IMG/VR virus record: IMGVR_UViG_3300036859_000689
Span: 4,024 to 68,023 of that record
Reading direction: 5' to 3' (one strand)
Length of the DNA: 64,000 bases
From: a virus
The notes beneath the pieces were generated by a model that searched no databases, had not been told where the DNA came from, and saw only the letters and a program-made list of their open reading frames with translations. Made by a program: the position numbers and the translations under genes. Below, piece by piece: positions 17,860 through 28,178 of this stretch. The stretch's first letter is position 1. Every line of letters starts with the position of its first letter.

Positions 17860-18921
17860 ATGAGTTCTAAAATTTCCGCAATGGACGACGGCGGCTCAGT
17901 TCAGGCCGGCGATCAATTTCCTGTTCTTCGCGCCGGTGCTAATTTTCGCGCCGTCATCGGATCCATCCAATCGATTAGCGGCGCCAAGACGATCGCGGCA
18001 ACCGACAACGGCTCGCTCATTCGCTGCACCGCAAATCTCAATATCCAACTCGACGGCGTGGCAGCGAAGACTCGCTTCGAGGTTGTGTGCATCGGGGCAA
18101 TCGCAGTCACGTTTTCGGCCGGCTCCGGAATGACGATCAACGGATTTCCCGGCGTTAGCGGCGATGGCGCGGTGGCTACGCTGGTACAGATTTCAGCGAC
18201 CGTCTGGGAAATCTATGGGCCGACCCAAGCCTCCGGACTCAATACCGGGCTGTTCGCGTTTTACCCAATGGACGAATCAGCGTCCGGAACTACGGTGCGC
18301 GACGTCTTCGGCGGAGAAACCGCCACTGCGGGAACGGCCGCGGCTGGTGGAGTCGGGAAAACGCGATTGGCAGCAAAGGTGTTCACAAACTCAGCTTCGC
18401 AAGTCTTCGTGACGAGCACCGCATCCGGCGACTTAAAGTTCAATCGAGGCGCGGGTGCGCTCCAAATTAGCGCATGGGTGAAACTGGTTTCGCTCGCGAC
18501 CTCGACGCACGTAGCGACGCTCTTCGTCACTACCGGTAACAAGCGCGTCTGGCTGATGGACATTACCACCGGTGGCAAAGCCCGGTTTGGTATCTCTACC
18601 GCGGGAACCTCGGCCAACGTCCTCGCGACATCTACTCCTACTCTAGTTACGGGAACGTGGTATCATCTGGTTGGTTACTATAACCCGACGACAGGTAAAG
18701 CCGGTATCATTGTGAATAATGGAACGGCTGACGAAGCCACGGCTTCAGCTGGCATGTTTGTTACGACGGGCATTGGTATGTGCATTGGCGGACAAGAATC
18801 CGTCTCGAGCGCGCAGGCCGCACTCCAAGACATCGGCTTTTGGTCCCGCAATCTCACCGCGGCTGAAATCGCTACGCTCTACAACGCGGGTGTTGGACGC
18901 AGCTATCCGTTCATCCCCTGA
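17860..18921 (+). CDS. Tail fibre/receptor-binding protein with LamG (ConA-like) domain
   Basis: GLFAFYPMDE, ISAWVK, TGTWYHLVGYY, WSRNLTAAEIATLYN. Confidence 0.85.
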   Translation: MSSKISAMDDGGSVQAGDQFPVLRAGANFRAVIGSIQSISGAKTIAATDNGSLIRCTANLNIQLDGVAAKTRFEVVCIGAIAVTFSAGSGMTINGFPGVSGDGAVATLVQISATVWEIYGPTQASGLNTGLFAFYPMDESASGTTVRDVFGGETATAGTAAAGGVGKTRLAAKVFTNSASQVFVTSTASGDLKFNRGAGALQISAWVKLVSLATSTHVATLFVTTGNKRVWLMDITTGGKARFGISTAGTSANVLATSTPTLVTGTWYHLVGYYNPTTGKAGIIVNNGTADEATASAGMFVTTGIGMCIGGQESVSSAQAALQDIGFWSRNLTAAEIATLYNAGVGRSYPFIP

Positions 18922-20009
18922 TGCTCAACACGTCGAGTCCACAGCCGGGGCCGATGGGGGCGCCGATCCTCACAGCCGACTCCTCGTATGGAGCCATCAC
19001 GGTCACGAGCGCGAATGTCTTCGTGCCGACGGTGGCGGACGTGAACTGCTACAACCACGGCCCGCGCTTGTACCGTCTGCCCGGAAGCTCTCGCATTTAT
19101 ATGTTTTGGCAGCAGGGTCCGCGAAACGAGGATGGCGGCGGAGTTCATCTCACTGGAGTTTACAGTGACGATAGCGGGGCGACCTGGTCGTCGCAATTTA
19201 CATTCCAAACCGCATTTGATGCGGATGACCTCACTGGAAACGTCACGAGCCACCAGTGCATCATTGGAGACATGGTGACGTTTGACGGTCGATCTTTTGT
19301 CGTTGGAGAAATTCACGAAATCACTTGGGCGTCAGACGTGCAAACGTCGAGAATCAACATGGGGAACATGGCGATTGAAATGACGGGAGGAGTTTTTAGT
19401 GCGCCGAAATGGATCACGGGTTCGGGTGGGCTTTCGCTTTCGTTTTGGTCGGGCGCCGTCCTAAGCGGACTCCTGACCGGGATGTCGTCGCCAGGCTATA
19501 ACGGCGGCGGAATCAACACGCGTGGTTATCCCAAGATCGCGAATGGAGAGCCGGACCTTATTATCGAGGGCAAAGTTTTCAAATATGCGGACGGATGGGT
19601 GAGGATCGGTCGAGGATACAATCCTCTAAGCGGGGTCTCGCTCAGTAGCTTCATTTACACGCAATGGAGTCCTAATGGCGTGATTTGGAGCAGGGAACAG
19701 GTATCAGCTATCGCGAACGCCCCGGCGTTGATCGATGGAATTAAAATGGCGAACGCCAAATACTGCCTTGCTTGGAATCCTGACGTCGATCGCAACAAAC
19801 TTGTGTTGGCTGTTGGCACCAACGGCCTGAACTACGGCAGTTCGTATTCCGTGCGCAGTGGAACTGGAACAACGCCGACGTTTCCTGGCGCCTACAAGGG
19901 CGGCGGGCCCCAATACCCTTCCATCGTCGAGCGTGATGACGGCAAACTGCTCATCGCTTATTCGATCTGGAAAGAAAAGATCGCTGTCTCGATCGTCACC
20001 GTACCATAA
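18921..20009 (+). CDS. Sialidase-like BNR beta-propeller protein
   Basis: Asp-box YSDDSGATWS, WSPNGVIWS, C-terminal QYPSIVERDDGKLLIAYS. Confidence 0.75.
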   Translation: MLNTSSPQPGPMGAPILTADSSYGAITVTSANVFVPTVADVNCYNHGPRLYRLPGSSRIYMFWQQGPRNEDGGGVHLTGVYSDDSGATWSSQFTFQTAFDADDLTGNVTSHQCIIGDMVTFDGRSFVVGEIHEITWASDVQTSRINMGNMAIEMTGGVFSAPKWITGSGGLSLSFWSGAVLSGLLTGMSSPGYNGGGINTRGYPKIANGEPDLIIEGKVFKYADGWVRIGRGYNPLSGVSLSSFIYTQWSPNGVIWSREQVSAIANAPALIDGIKMANAKYCLAWNPDVDRNKLVLAVGTNGLNYGSSYSVRSGTGTTPTFPGAYKGGGPQYPSIVERDDGKLLIAYSIWKEKIAVSIVTVP

Positions 20010-20021
20010 AATATCATCGCC

Positions 20022-20843
20022 ATGAAAAACGGAAATAGCGGAGAGGTTGCCACAATCGTACTAGTCGTTCTTGGACTGCTCGGCGCCACTCAGCTCGTCC
20101 CGAATTGGCGCGTGACAAATCTTTTCTCCAAAGGGCCAGCGACGAAAGAACTGCGGGCAGCCCAGGAGGCGGCAGCCAAGGCCAACGCCGAGGCCGTCGC
20201 GGCAAAGGCAAACTACGAGGCGGCATTGCTCAAGCAGCAGCAGAAGACGGCCGAACAAGCGCAATACTCTCAGCAAATGGTCCACGGGATCCCGATCGCA
20301 CTCGCCCGCGCGCCGCAGACTCCGGAAGTTGTTTTTGCCTCCGGTCTCGCTAGGCGGGCGTCCAAAGGGCTCTCGGAGGCGATTGGGGAACTGCCGGCGA
20401 GCCAGCAGAGCGAAATCGCATTCCTCGTCGATCAAGCGTTGTCGGCGAAGCAAGCCGAGGTTGATGCGGCCAACGCCGCGCTCGCGCTAAAAGACAAAGA
20501 ACTGGCCGTTACCACCGCGGAGAAAAAGCAGATTGAGGCCAAGCTTCCTGAGCTGGAGAAAAAGGTCGTGGCTACAGAGGCAAAGGTTGTGGCGACCGAA
20601 GGCGTAGTCGTGGCGAAGACAAATGAGGTGGCGGTCTACGCAGACAAAGCGGCCGAAAAAGAAAAGGAGGCCGGCTCACTAGGTACATTGGTGCATAAAC
20701 TATTTTGGGTCATAGGAGTTCTCGCTTTGCTCTACGTCTTCGTTCATTTCGTTCTGCCGTCACTCGCTCAGGAATTTCCCGCTGCTCAGAAATTAGTCAC
20801 GTTCAACAAGGCAGTGAAAAGCATCGTCAGCTCACACGTGTAA
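20022..20843 (+). CDS. Membrane-anchored coiled-coil protein (spanin-like)
   Basis: Hydrophobic segments at both ends flanking a long Ala/Lys/Glu coil. Confidence 0.5.
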   Translation: MKNGNSGEVATIVLVVLGLLGATQLVPNWRVTNLFSKGPATKELRAAQEAAAKANAEAVAAKANYEAALLKQQQKTAEQAQYSQQMVHGIPIALARAPQTPEVVFASGLARRASKGLSEAIGELPASQQSEIAFLVDQALSAKQAEVDAANAALALKDKELAVTTAEKKQIEAKLPELEKKVVATEAKVVATEGVVVAKTNEVAVYADKAAEKEKEAGSLGTLVHKLFWVIGVLALLYVFVHFVLPSLAQEFPAAQKLVTFNKAVKSIVSSHV

Positions 20844-20903
20844 CCCAAACCCGCAGCTCCATTCTCAACCGCACCAACACTCTAAAAGTGGGTCGGTAAA
20901 GGC

Positions 20904-21248
20904 ATGGAACTGCTACAAACCATTCTTCCCTTGGACCCTGAAATTTTCGATAAATGGATGAAGCGCCAAGACAGCGTTCTGAGTCTGGTCAAATGGATTG
21001 CAGGCCTCGGCTGCACCTGCGCCGGCGGAATGGTCGCCGTCGTCATCTGGGTGAATAACACAACCACTGCGATCGCCTCGACCCAGCAGCGAATCGACGT
21101 GGTAAACCGGCGCCAAGACGATTTGGTTCGGGACTGGACTCCGTGGCGCGCGGAGACTGATCGAAACATTACGCGCATGCTCGCTCTCCAGGAGGGTCAG
21201 CAAAAACTCATGGAGCGGCTGGCCGACAAGGTCGACCGTCGTCAATGA
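20904..21248 (+). CDS. Single-TM protein, holin-like
   Basis: One hydrophobic helix plus coiled coil; lysis-cassette position. Confidence 0.45.
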   Translation: MELLQTILPLDPEIFDKWMKRQDSVLSLVKWIAGLGCTCAGGMVAVVIWVNNTTTAIASTQQRIDVVNRRQDDLVRDWTPWRAETDRNITRMLALQEGQQKLMERLADKVDRRQ

Positions 21249-21703
21249 GCGCCGAGGGGGAACATGTTTCCCAAAGAGAATTCCTCGAGCGCATCATAGA
21301 TGAGCTAGATTCTCGCTACCAACAGCTCCTAGCTGAACGCGACGCTCGCTACCAACAGCAGTTCACGTCCGCTCGTGAAGCGGTGGACAAAGCAGAGACG
21401 TCACTGCGAGAATATAAGACATCGGCGAACGAATTCCGCGGGACACTGGCCGACCAGGCTAAAACTTTCGTCCCACGCATCGAGTACGAGAGCACCATCA
21501 AGGAACTGCGGGCGATGAATGAGGCTCAGGCAAAACTCATCGTGACACTGCAACTCGGCGAAAGCCGGGATGAAGGCGGATCCCGCGCTACCGCTACGTC
21601 GAAATCGAACAACCAATGGCTGATTGGTCTCACTGTCGTCGTTGGCCTCTCAGTCGTCAGCGGCATCGGCTCGCTGATCTTTTTTCTGGTGACCCGGAGG
21701 TGA
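21245..21703 (+). CDS. Coiled-coil protein with C-terminal TM, holin-like
   Basis: SANEFRGTLADQ coil and C-terminal hydrophobic helix. Confidence 0.5.
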   Translation: MSAEGEHVSQREFLERIIDELDSRYQQLLAERDARYQQQFTSAREAVDKAETSLREYKTSANEFRGTLADQAKTFVPRIEYESTIKELRAMNEAQAKLIVTLQLGESRDEGGSRATATSKSNNQWLIGLTVVVGLSVVSGIGSLIFFLVTRR

Positions 21704-21809
21704 CTGAGCTTTTCCGCTATTTCTGTGGAAAAAGGCTTGCCTTGGTGCATCGGTGAACCATTCGTCACGCCAGTCGGTTTAGCGTATCCCTCGCGGCCGG
21801 CGAAAAATT

Positions 21810-23156
21810 ATGTCTCCCTCCAACGAATCGAGTGAATTCCAACTTGTCGGCCGCGAAAACGACGATCAGGTCGACAACCAAGGAGGCGGCGCCGCTCTCG
21901 ACGTAGCGACGTCCCGCGCCGCTTCCGAAGTCCAAAGCGCGATGATTATCGCGAAGAAATTCCCGCGGGACGAAAACAAAGCGTACAGCCGGATCATGCA
22001 GTCGTGCAAAAGAAAGTCTCTCGCCGACGCCGCGATCTACAGTTTCCCGCGCGGCGGCACGACCGTTGAGGGTCCGTCGATTCGCCTCGCCGAAGAAATG
22101 GCCCGTCAGTGGGGCAACGTCGATTTCGGCATCATCGAACTCGAGCAGCGTCCGGGTGAGTCGACGTGCATGAGCTACGCGTGGGATCTCGAGACGAACA
22201 CGCGCCAGACGAAAGTTTTCACCGTCAGCCACGTTCGCGTCAGTGGCAGCGGCAACAACAAGAAGAAGACGCTTCTCGACGACCCGCGCGACATCTACGA
22301 GATGGTCGCCAATCAGGGCGCCCGCCGGCTCCGCGCCTGCATTCTCGGCATCATCCCCGGCGACATCTGCGAAGCCGCCGTCGACGAGTGCAACAAGACG
22401 ATGGCCGGGCCGGACTCAACGCCCCTCATCGACCGCGCTCGCGCGATGGTTGGAGCGTTCTCGGATTTCGGCGTCACGATCGCGATGATCGAGAAACGCC
22501 TCTCGCACAAGATCGACGCCATTTCTGAGGCTGAACTGCAGACGCTCCGGAAAGTTTACAAATCGATCAAGGACGGCATGGCGACTCGCGAAGCTCACTT
22601 CGACCTTGGCGAGAAACAGGAACGTCCTCCAGCGCCGCCGAAAGCCGCTACCGGTGCAGCCGCGGCCCAACAGCCCGAAACACCCCCGGCCACCACGCCA
22701 CCGCCAGCGGAACAGCCCGCCAAGACGCGCCAGCGCGCTCCCAAGCCTGCCGCCGAGCAACAGCCGTCCACGCCGCCGCCGGCCGCTCCTGACGCTCCAC
22801 CGGAGCCGCCGGAGGAACCTGCGCCGAAGCCCGAGGAGAAGAAGAAACCCGAGCCGCGCACGTCTCTCAACGACGGCGAAATCCTAGTGTGCACTGTCGC
22901 TCCCGAGGAGATCACGGCCCTGCTGATCGGCACCAAGCCAAGCGTGCAGATCGAACTCGGCGGCGGCTACCGCGGTCGCGTTTATCACTTCGGCGGCGCC
23001 AAGGCGGACGCTCAGAATCCCGAGCAACTTTTGGTCGATCCGATTTGGGCAATGGACCGACCGGTCAGGGTTGAGCTTGTCGGCAAAAAGCAGAATTCCG
23101 GAGGAGTCATGACCTTCGTTAAAAACGTCAGCGCCGACAACATTCCAAAGGAGTAA
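21810..23156 (+). CDS. Putative ssDNA-annealing recombinase with Pro-rich linker
   Basis: EGPSIRLAEEMARQWGN, AWDLETN, ARRLRACILGIIP; first gene of the recombination operon. Confidence 0.55.
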   Translation: MSPSNESSEFQLVGRENDDQVDNQGGGAALDVATSRAASEVQSAMIIAKKFPRDENKAYSRIMQSCKRKSLADAAIYSFPRGGTTVEGPSIRLAEEMARQWGNVDFGIIELEQRPGESTCMSYAWDLETNTRQTKVFTVSHVRVSGSGNNKKKTLLDDPRDIYEMVANQGARRLRACILGIIPGDICEAAVDECNKTMAGPDSTPLIDRARAMVGAFSDFGVTIAMIEKRLSHKIDAISEAELQTLRKVYKSIKDGMATREAHFDLGEKQERPPAPPKAATGAAAAQQPETPPATTPPPAEQPAKTRQRAPKPAAEQQPSTPPPAAPDAPPEPPEEPAPKPEEKKKPEPRTSLNDGEILVCTVAPEEITALLIGTKPSVQIELGGGYRGRVYHFGGAKADAQNPEQLLVDPIWAMDRPVRVELVGKKQNSGGVMTFVKNVSADNIPKE

Positions 23157-23159
23157 CGC

Positions 23160-23948
23160 ATGTCCTCAATCCAACCGCCCGACGAACCTGCCGAAATCGT
23201 CGTAGTCGGAGATGTGCCGTCGTCGCCGCAGGTGCTCGTCAACAATGCATTCGTGCGCGAACTGACAAGCGCCGAGGAACTCGTCGACGGACTGGAAATT
23301 CTCAGCGAGAACAACCTCCAGCTCTCCGCAAACCTGTTCAACAATCTGACGAAAGCGGCGTCGAAACTCGAGGACGCGCGCACAACCCTCAAGGCACCGT
23401 TCATCGACTACGGACGCAAGATCGACGCCGCGGCTGCCGCGGTCGCCCAACGGATTGCCGCCGTGAAGTCGGCGCTGAACGTGAAGATGCGCGACTTCCG
23501 GGAAAAACAGGCGGCAATCGCGCGCGAAGCGGAACAGAAACGTCAGGAGGAACTCCGTCGACTCGAACAGCAACGACTCGCCGAGGAACGGGAACGCCAG
23601 CGCCTCGCAGACGAAGAGGCTGCACGCATTCGCGCCGCTCAACCGAAGATCGCCGCGGTGGAGCTGGACCTGCCGCCCGACGAACCGACGCCGGTCGAAC
23701 AGAAGATTGCCGAGGTTCAGGCTGCACCGGCGATCGTGGCTCCGAAGCCGCAGGGCGTCCGCTACGACATTACTCTCAAATTCGAAGTGGAGGATGTTTC
23801 AAAACTTCCTGACGCCTACGTGACGAAGAGCGCCAATCTGTCGAAGATTCGGGGACTCACCGCGGGTTACCGCGAAGGACAACCGCTCCCAGTCGTGCCA
23901 GGAGTTCGTTTCTTCGAGGACCGTCAGTTTCGGGGGACGGGCCGGTGA
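23160..23948 (+). CDS. Coiled-coil recombination-associated protein
   Basis: LEDARTTLKAPF, long coil, FEVEDVSKLP...VPGVRFFE. Confidence 0.55.
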   Translation: MSSIQPPDEPAEIVVVGDVPSSPQVLVNNAFVRELTSAEELVDGLEILSENNLQLSANLFNNLTKAASKLEDARTTLKAPFIDYGRKIDAAAAAVAQRIAAVKSALNVKMRDFREKQAAIAREAEQKRQEELRRLEQQRLAEERERQRLADEEAARIRAAQPKIAAVELDLPPDEPTPVEQKIAEVQAAPAIVAPKPQGVRYDITLKFEVEDVSKLPDAYVTKSANLSKIRGLTAGYREGQPLPVVPGVRFFEDRQFRGTGR

Positions 23949-25730
23949 ACTGGTTTACCAAATGGCGCGCAAATCGCCGGGAAGCGAAGCGCAAAAAAAC
24001 TGTTTTGAAAATGACCATTGAACTCGCGGGTATGAACGCGGACCTCGAAATGCGTCTGCGCATAACGCAGACCATAACGAAATCTGATCCCCATTGGTTC
24101 TATAGCTTGGCTTCTCTGTCTGGAGACGTGGCGCGCCTAACCAAACAACTGGAGGAATTGAAACGATGAAACTCGCTCCACTAGTCGACAGAGTTTTCTC
24201 CGCACTGACCAACCGCGCACTTCGCGCCGAGGCGGACCGAGATACCGCGATCGAGCTGCTGAAAAACGCCGACCGAGAGGTAGTCCGGCTAAAGGAACGA
24301 CTGACCTACGCAAGCGCGGAAAATTATAGACGTCCCATTTTTTGAAACCATGAAAATATTCAAATATCCGTTCGCTATCCAGCGTCGCGCCACCGTTGAG
24401 ATTCCATCTGGTCACGTGTTGATCCACGCCGGTCTCGATCCCAAGGGGATCCCGTGCGTCTGGGCGATGGTTGATGCCGACACGCCGAAACGCGAGGTCG
24501 TGCTTTACGTTATCGGCACCGGGCATGACGTCCCCGAGGAAGCCCCGCGGCATCTCGGCTCATTCGTTCGCGAGGATGATGTCTGGCACATCTTTATATG
24601 AACGACAAACTTCCCGCCAGCGTCTCCGATCGCTGGTTCCTCGCCGTCGCTTGGGGCGAGAAATACAATTCCAAGATCGTGCACACGCGCGAAGTGATGA
24701 AGACACTTGCCGAATGGTTGTTCGGCACGGTCGAGAATGCCGACCCGGTCGAGATGGAACAGCACGCGCGCAGCCTTTCGGATCCCGAACACTGGATTGA
24801 GTGCGATGGCAAACCGGTCCGCTGGCAGGTCACGATGGAAGACGGGGCGGTCAGCTTTGCGCTGATCGACGACCCGGAGGACGTGAAACTTCTCAACGGA
24901 GCGCGCCCGTGTCCGGTCACTTAATCATGTCTGCCGTCTCCGGTATCCAGGAGGCGGCTGCTAAAGAAACCGCCGTTAAGTCTATGGATTCACTCGAGAA
25001 CAACCTGCTTCGATTGGCGCAATTCGGTGAGCCGACCATGCACAAAATGAAATCCGGTTGGTGGGTGACGCTGAACCTCCACGTCGCCGGCATCGGCACG
25101 TCGATCCGGATCGAATCAGAATCAAGCTGCAAGACACCGACCGACGCCGCGCGCCAGTGTGAAGAACGCCTAAAAGAAATGCTTTCAAAACTCCCGCGCA
25201 CGTGAAAACCGAGATCCCAAAGGTCGTTCTAAAAAACAAAATCCTCGTAGGCTGGGGTGAATTCCTGCCTTGGGCGCTCAATAACGTGCCCGAATATCGC
25301 GCGTGCTTTATGACGATGGCGGAAGGCAAATGCTCGATTGAACAAGCGATGATGCTGATCGGAGTCTTGCTGATTGAGAAAAACCACGCGCTTGCCGAGC
25401 GGGTTCGTGACCTCGAAATCATCGCGCCGCGTAAAATGCGCTTTCCGGATGGTTCGATTCGGGTCTACCGAGCGCCAGAGCATTTGCTCCCTCTCGAGCC
25501 AGATACGGCCAAACCATTCCCGCCGGCCGCACCGACAAAAACTGATGGCTAAAAAAGAAGACGATTTCTCCCTTCGTTGGTTCGGCATTCCGGACAAGAT
25601 TATCGTCGCCGGATGGAAAGCACTTGAGCAGATGCCGCGCGGATTCCCTCACAAGGAGGGCGCCGTTTATTGCCTCTGCAACCAATGCTACCTCAAACGG
25701 GAGGCGAACCACATGCCGCCAATTCGATGA
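23945..25730 (+). CDS. Run of seven small hypothetical genes (23945-24169, 24166-24345, 24350-24601, 24598-24924, 24927-25205, 25202-25552, 25545-25730)
   Basis: Tightly packed, mostly ATGA/GTGA overlaps. Confidence 0.6.
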
Positions 25731-26890
25731 AGCCGATCATCCGCTGCAGCTCACTCAGCCAGCTCCTCAAATGCCACGGCTCACGCACGATCATCGAACG
25801 CGTGAAGCCGCGCGGCGGCAACGAAGCTTACGAGGGCACGTTCATCCACTGGCGGACCGCCAAGGATCTGATCGAACACATGGGCGCCGAGGGCACCGTC
25901 CCGGATTGGCCCCACGGCGTCCCGCGGACCTACAAACTGCCGCGGCAATCCGAATGGCTGATAAACTGGTTCGTCATCCACGCCAAGGAGACGATCCCGG
26001 ACGATTGGTCGCTCGAGGTTGAGAACGAGCTCCGTTGGGAATTCGACCGCTTCATCCTCGTCGGTCACCACGATCTTTTGGCGACGAACCTCCAGCCAGG
26101 TGCACGCAAGACACACGGTGCGGACTGGAAGTCTGTCTACAACGCCGTTCCGCCGGCCGCGCAGAACGACCAAGTTCTCGGCTACCTCGTCCTCGAACAC
26201 CTCAACTACGACACCGACGAATCGTCGTTCGACATCGAACAACCTCGTGTGAAGCCGGAGGACGGCGAAAAATCCAGCACGGTGACGCTCAACCGCGCGC
26301 AGTTGCAGAAGGCCGTCGCCTACCTCGAGAGCGCCATCAACGCGGCACTCGACGACCCTTACACGACCGACGACGGACCGACGCAATGCGCTTTCTGTGC
26401 CGGCGCGCTCCAATGTCCCTCAATCCAACTCGAGATCGAAAAAATGAAAGCCACTCTGACACCCGAACTGCTGGCGCGGCTCGCCGCTGAACCCGATGAC
26501 GCACTGCTTGGCGACATCGTCGTCGCGGCAAAAATTCTCAAGAAGCCGTTCGAGGACGCCGGCGAGATGATCCGCGACCGACTCGCAGCCGGCGACGGCC
26601 GCGTCAACGCCGGCAACGGAACGTCGATCACGATGGAGCTTCGCGCCGGAAAATACTCGGTAAAGGAGGGCCAGGAAATGGAGGTGCTGACAACCGTCCA
26701 GAGCCTTATACCGCCGGCGGAATTCGCCAAGGTCATCAACTACTCGACCGACGAACTCAAACAGGCGATCGCGCGCACTCGCGGAATCCCGCAGGACGGT
26801 AAGTCCCCAACCACCGCCAAAAAAGTCTTCATCGAGCAGATCGCGCCGATGATGGAACAAGGGCAAAGCCGCGTTCTGAAATACGCGTAG
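25727..26890 (+). CDS. PD-(D/E)XK exonuclease, Cas4/DUF2800-like
   Basis: N-terminal C, EGTFIH, EVE, GHHDL, ADWKS, NDQVLGY, CAFC...C. Confidence 0.75.
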   Translation: MKPIIRCSSLSQLLKCHGSRTIIERVKPRGGNEAYEGTFIHWRTAKDLIEHMGAEGTVPDWPHGVPRTYKLPRQSEWLINWFVIHAKETIPDDWSLEVENELRWEFDRFILVGHHDLLATNLQPGARKTHGADWKSVYNAVPPAAQNDQVLGYLVLEHLNYDTDESSFDIEQPRVKPEDGEKSSTVTLNRAQLQKAVAYLESAINAALDDPYTTDDGPTQCAFCAGALQCPSIQLEIEKMKATLTPELLARLAAEPDDALLGDIVVAAKILKKPFEDAGEMIRDRLAAGDGRVNAGNGTSITMELRAGKYSVKEGQEMEVLTTVQSLIPPAEFAKVINYSTDELKQAIARTRGIPQDGKSPTTAKKVFIEQIAPMMEQGQSRVLKYA

Positions 26891-27027
26891 TCTCGTGGAT
26901 CCTCTTTTCCGTACCATCACCGCCGACGACTGGCGCCGCTCAATCAGTCGATCGCGCAAAGAACCCAATGCCTGGCTCGCCGAAGTGCGGGCCAAGCTGA
27001 AAACCGAGCAAACAGAGAAAGCAAAAC

Positions 27028-27189
27028 ATGAACTACCTCGAAGAACGCGAAGTGCGCCGCCGCAATAAAACCCGGATGCGCCTCCCCCAGCTCAACAAAG
27101 CGAATCGCATCGCCAAGCGCCACGCCGCGACGAGCCGCTACGTCCGTCTAGCCGTCAGCACGCCGGCGCCGGAGCTGGTTCTCGCGTGA
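27028..27189 (+). CDS. Small basic protein
   Basis: MNYLEEREVRRRNK...; GTGA overlap with resolvase. Confidence 0.45.
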   Translation: MNYLEEREVRRRNKTRMRLPQLNKANRIAKRHAATSRYVRLAVSTPAPELVLA

Positions 27190-27710
27190 AGGTCCTCGCC
27201 ATAGACCCAGGATCGGAAGAATCCGGGATGCTGATTTGGGACGGCCGCGAAATACTTTTTCACGGCGTCCTGAAAAATCCGGAGCTGCTGATCGCGATCG
27301 AGGAGCCCGAAGTTGTGCCCGACGTCGTCGCCTGCGAGATGATCCAAGGCTACGGGATGGCGGTCGGCGCCGAGGTTTTCGAGACCTGTTATTTCATCGG
27401 CCGCATCATGGAGCGGTGCACGAATCTGAATCTTCATTTCCACCGCGTTTACCGGAAGGAAGTGAAGACGCACCTTTGCAACGACTACAAAGCAAAGGAT
27501 CCTAACATCCGCCAAGCACTCATCGACCGCTTCGGTCCCATCGGAAACAAGAAACAACCGGGCCCGCTCTACGGCGTCGTCAGCCACGCGTGGAGCGCGC
27601 TCGCGATCGCGGTCACGGCATTCGATCGATCCGCAACGATCGTTGCAGAGATCAAAGCCGCGCGCCAACGAATCGCCGCCGCGACGGGAATCAACCTCGA
27701 CCTGCCATGA
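27186..27710 (+). CDS. RuvC-like Holliday junction resolvase
   Basis: VLAIDPG, VACE, YRKEVK, HAWSALAIA. Confidence 0.8.
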   Translation: MKVLAIDPGSEESGMLIWDGREILFHGVLKNPELLIAIEEPEVVPDVVACEMIQGYGMAVGAEVFETCYFIGRIMERCTNLNLHFHRVYRKEVKTHLCNDYKAKDPNIRQALIDRFGPIGNKKQPGPLYGVVSHAWSALAIAVTAFDRSATIVAEIKAARQRIAAATGINLDLP

Positions 27711-27928
27711 AAATCGCCGATCGCATCATGGACCTCGTCCATTACTGGAAGGTGCGCGGTTACAAGGTTGACGCGCTTTACCTCGGAACCGTGGAGCTGA
27801 GTCAATTAGACCTCGAAGAACATTTTACTCTCAGCGGCGCGCTCGGCACTCGTTGGAAGTGGAACGGAATGGAAATTTACCGCGTCGACGCCAGAGAGCA
27901 TCTATCTGTTTCCTGTAATCTCCGATGA
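27707..27928 (+). CDS. Hypothetical protein
   Basis: ATGA overlaps on both sides. Confidence 0.55.
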   Translation: MKIADRIMDLVHYWKVRGYKVDALYLGTVELSQLDLEEHFTLSGALGTRWKWNGMEIYRVDAREHLSVSCNLR

Positions 27929-28176
27929 AATTCAAATCTAACGCAGGAACCAAAGTAGACGCCGTCCAGTGGACTGGCGGAAACCTTCCCGAATTGCTAC
28001 GCGCTCTCAATGGGATCCGTCGCATCGGCGAAGTCGATGAAAAGGGTCTGATGACCATCAAGATTCCCGGCGGGACTCTGAACGTCCCCATCGGCACGTG
28101 GCTCGTGCGCGCCGGGGAGCAACTCACCGCGCACACCGCCGAAGAATTTGCCGCCAGCTACTCACCGGAACCGTAA
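27925..28176 (+). CDS. Small phage hypothetical protein
   Basis: VDAVQWTGGN...IGTWLV...EFAASY, a common phage pattern. Confidence 0.65.
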   Translation: MKFKSNAGTKVDAVQWTGGNLPELLRALNGIRRIGEVDEKGLMTIKIPGGTLNVPIGTWLVRAGEQLTAHTAEEFAASYSPEP

Positions 28177-28178
28177 TT

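Noticed and set aside
25727-26890. Cas4-like nuclease as part of a CRISPR system
   Set aside because: No array or other cas gene seen; ordinary phage recombination context
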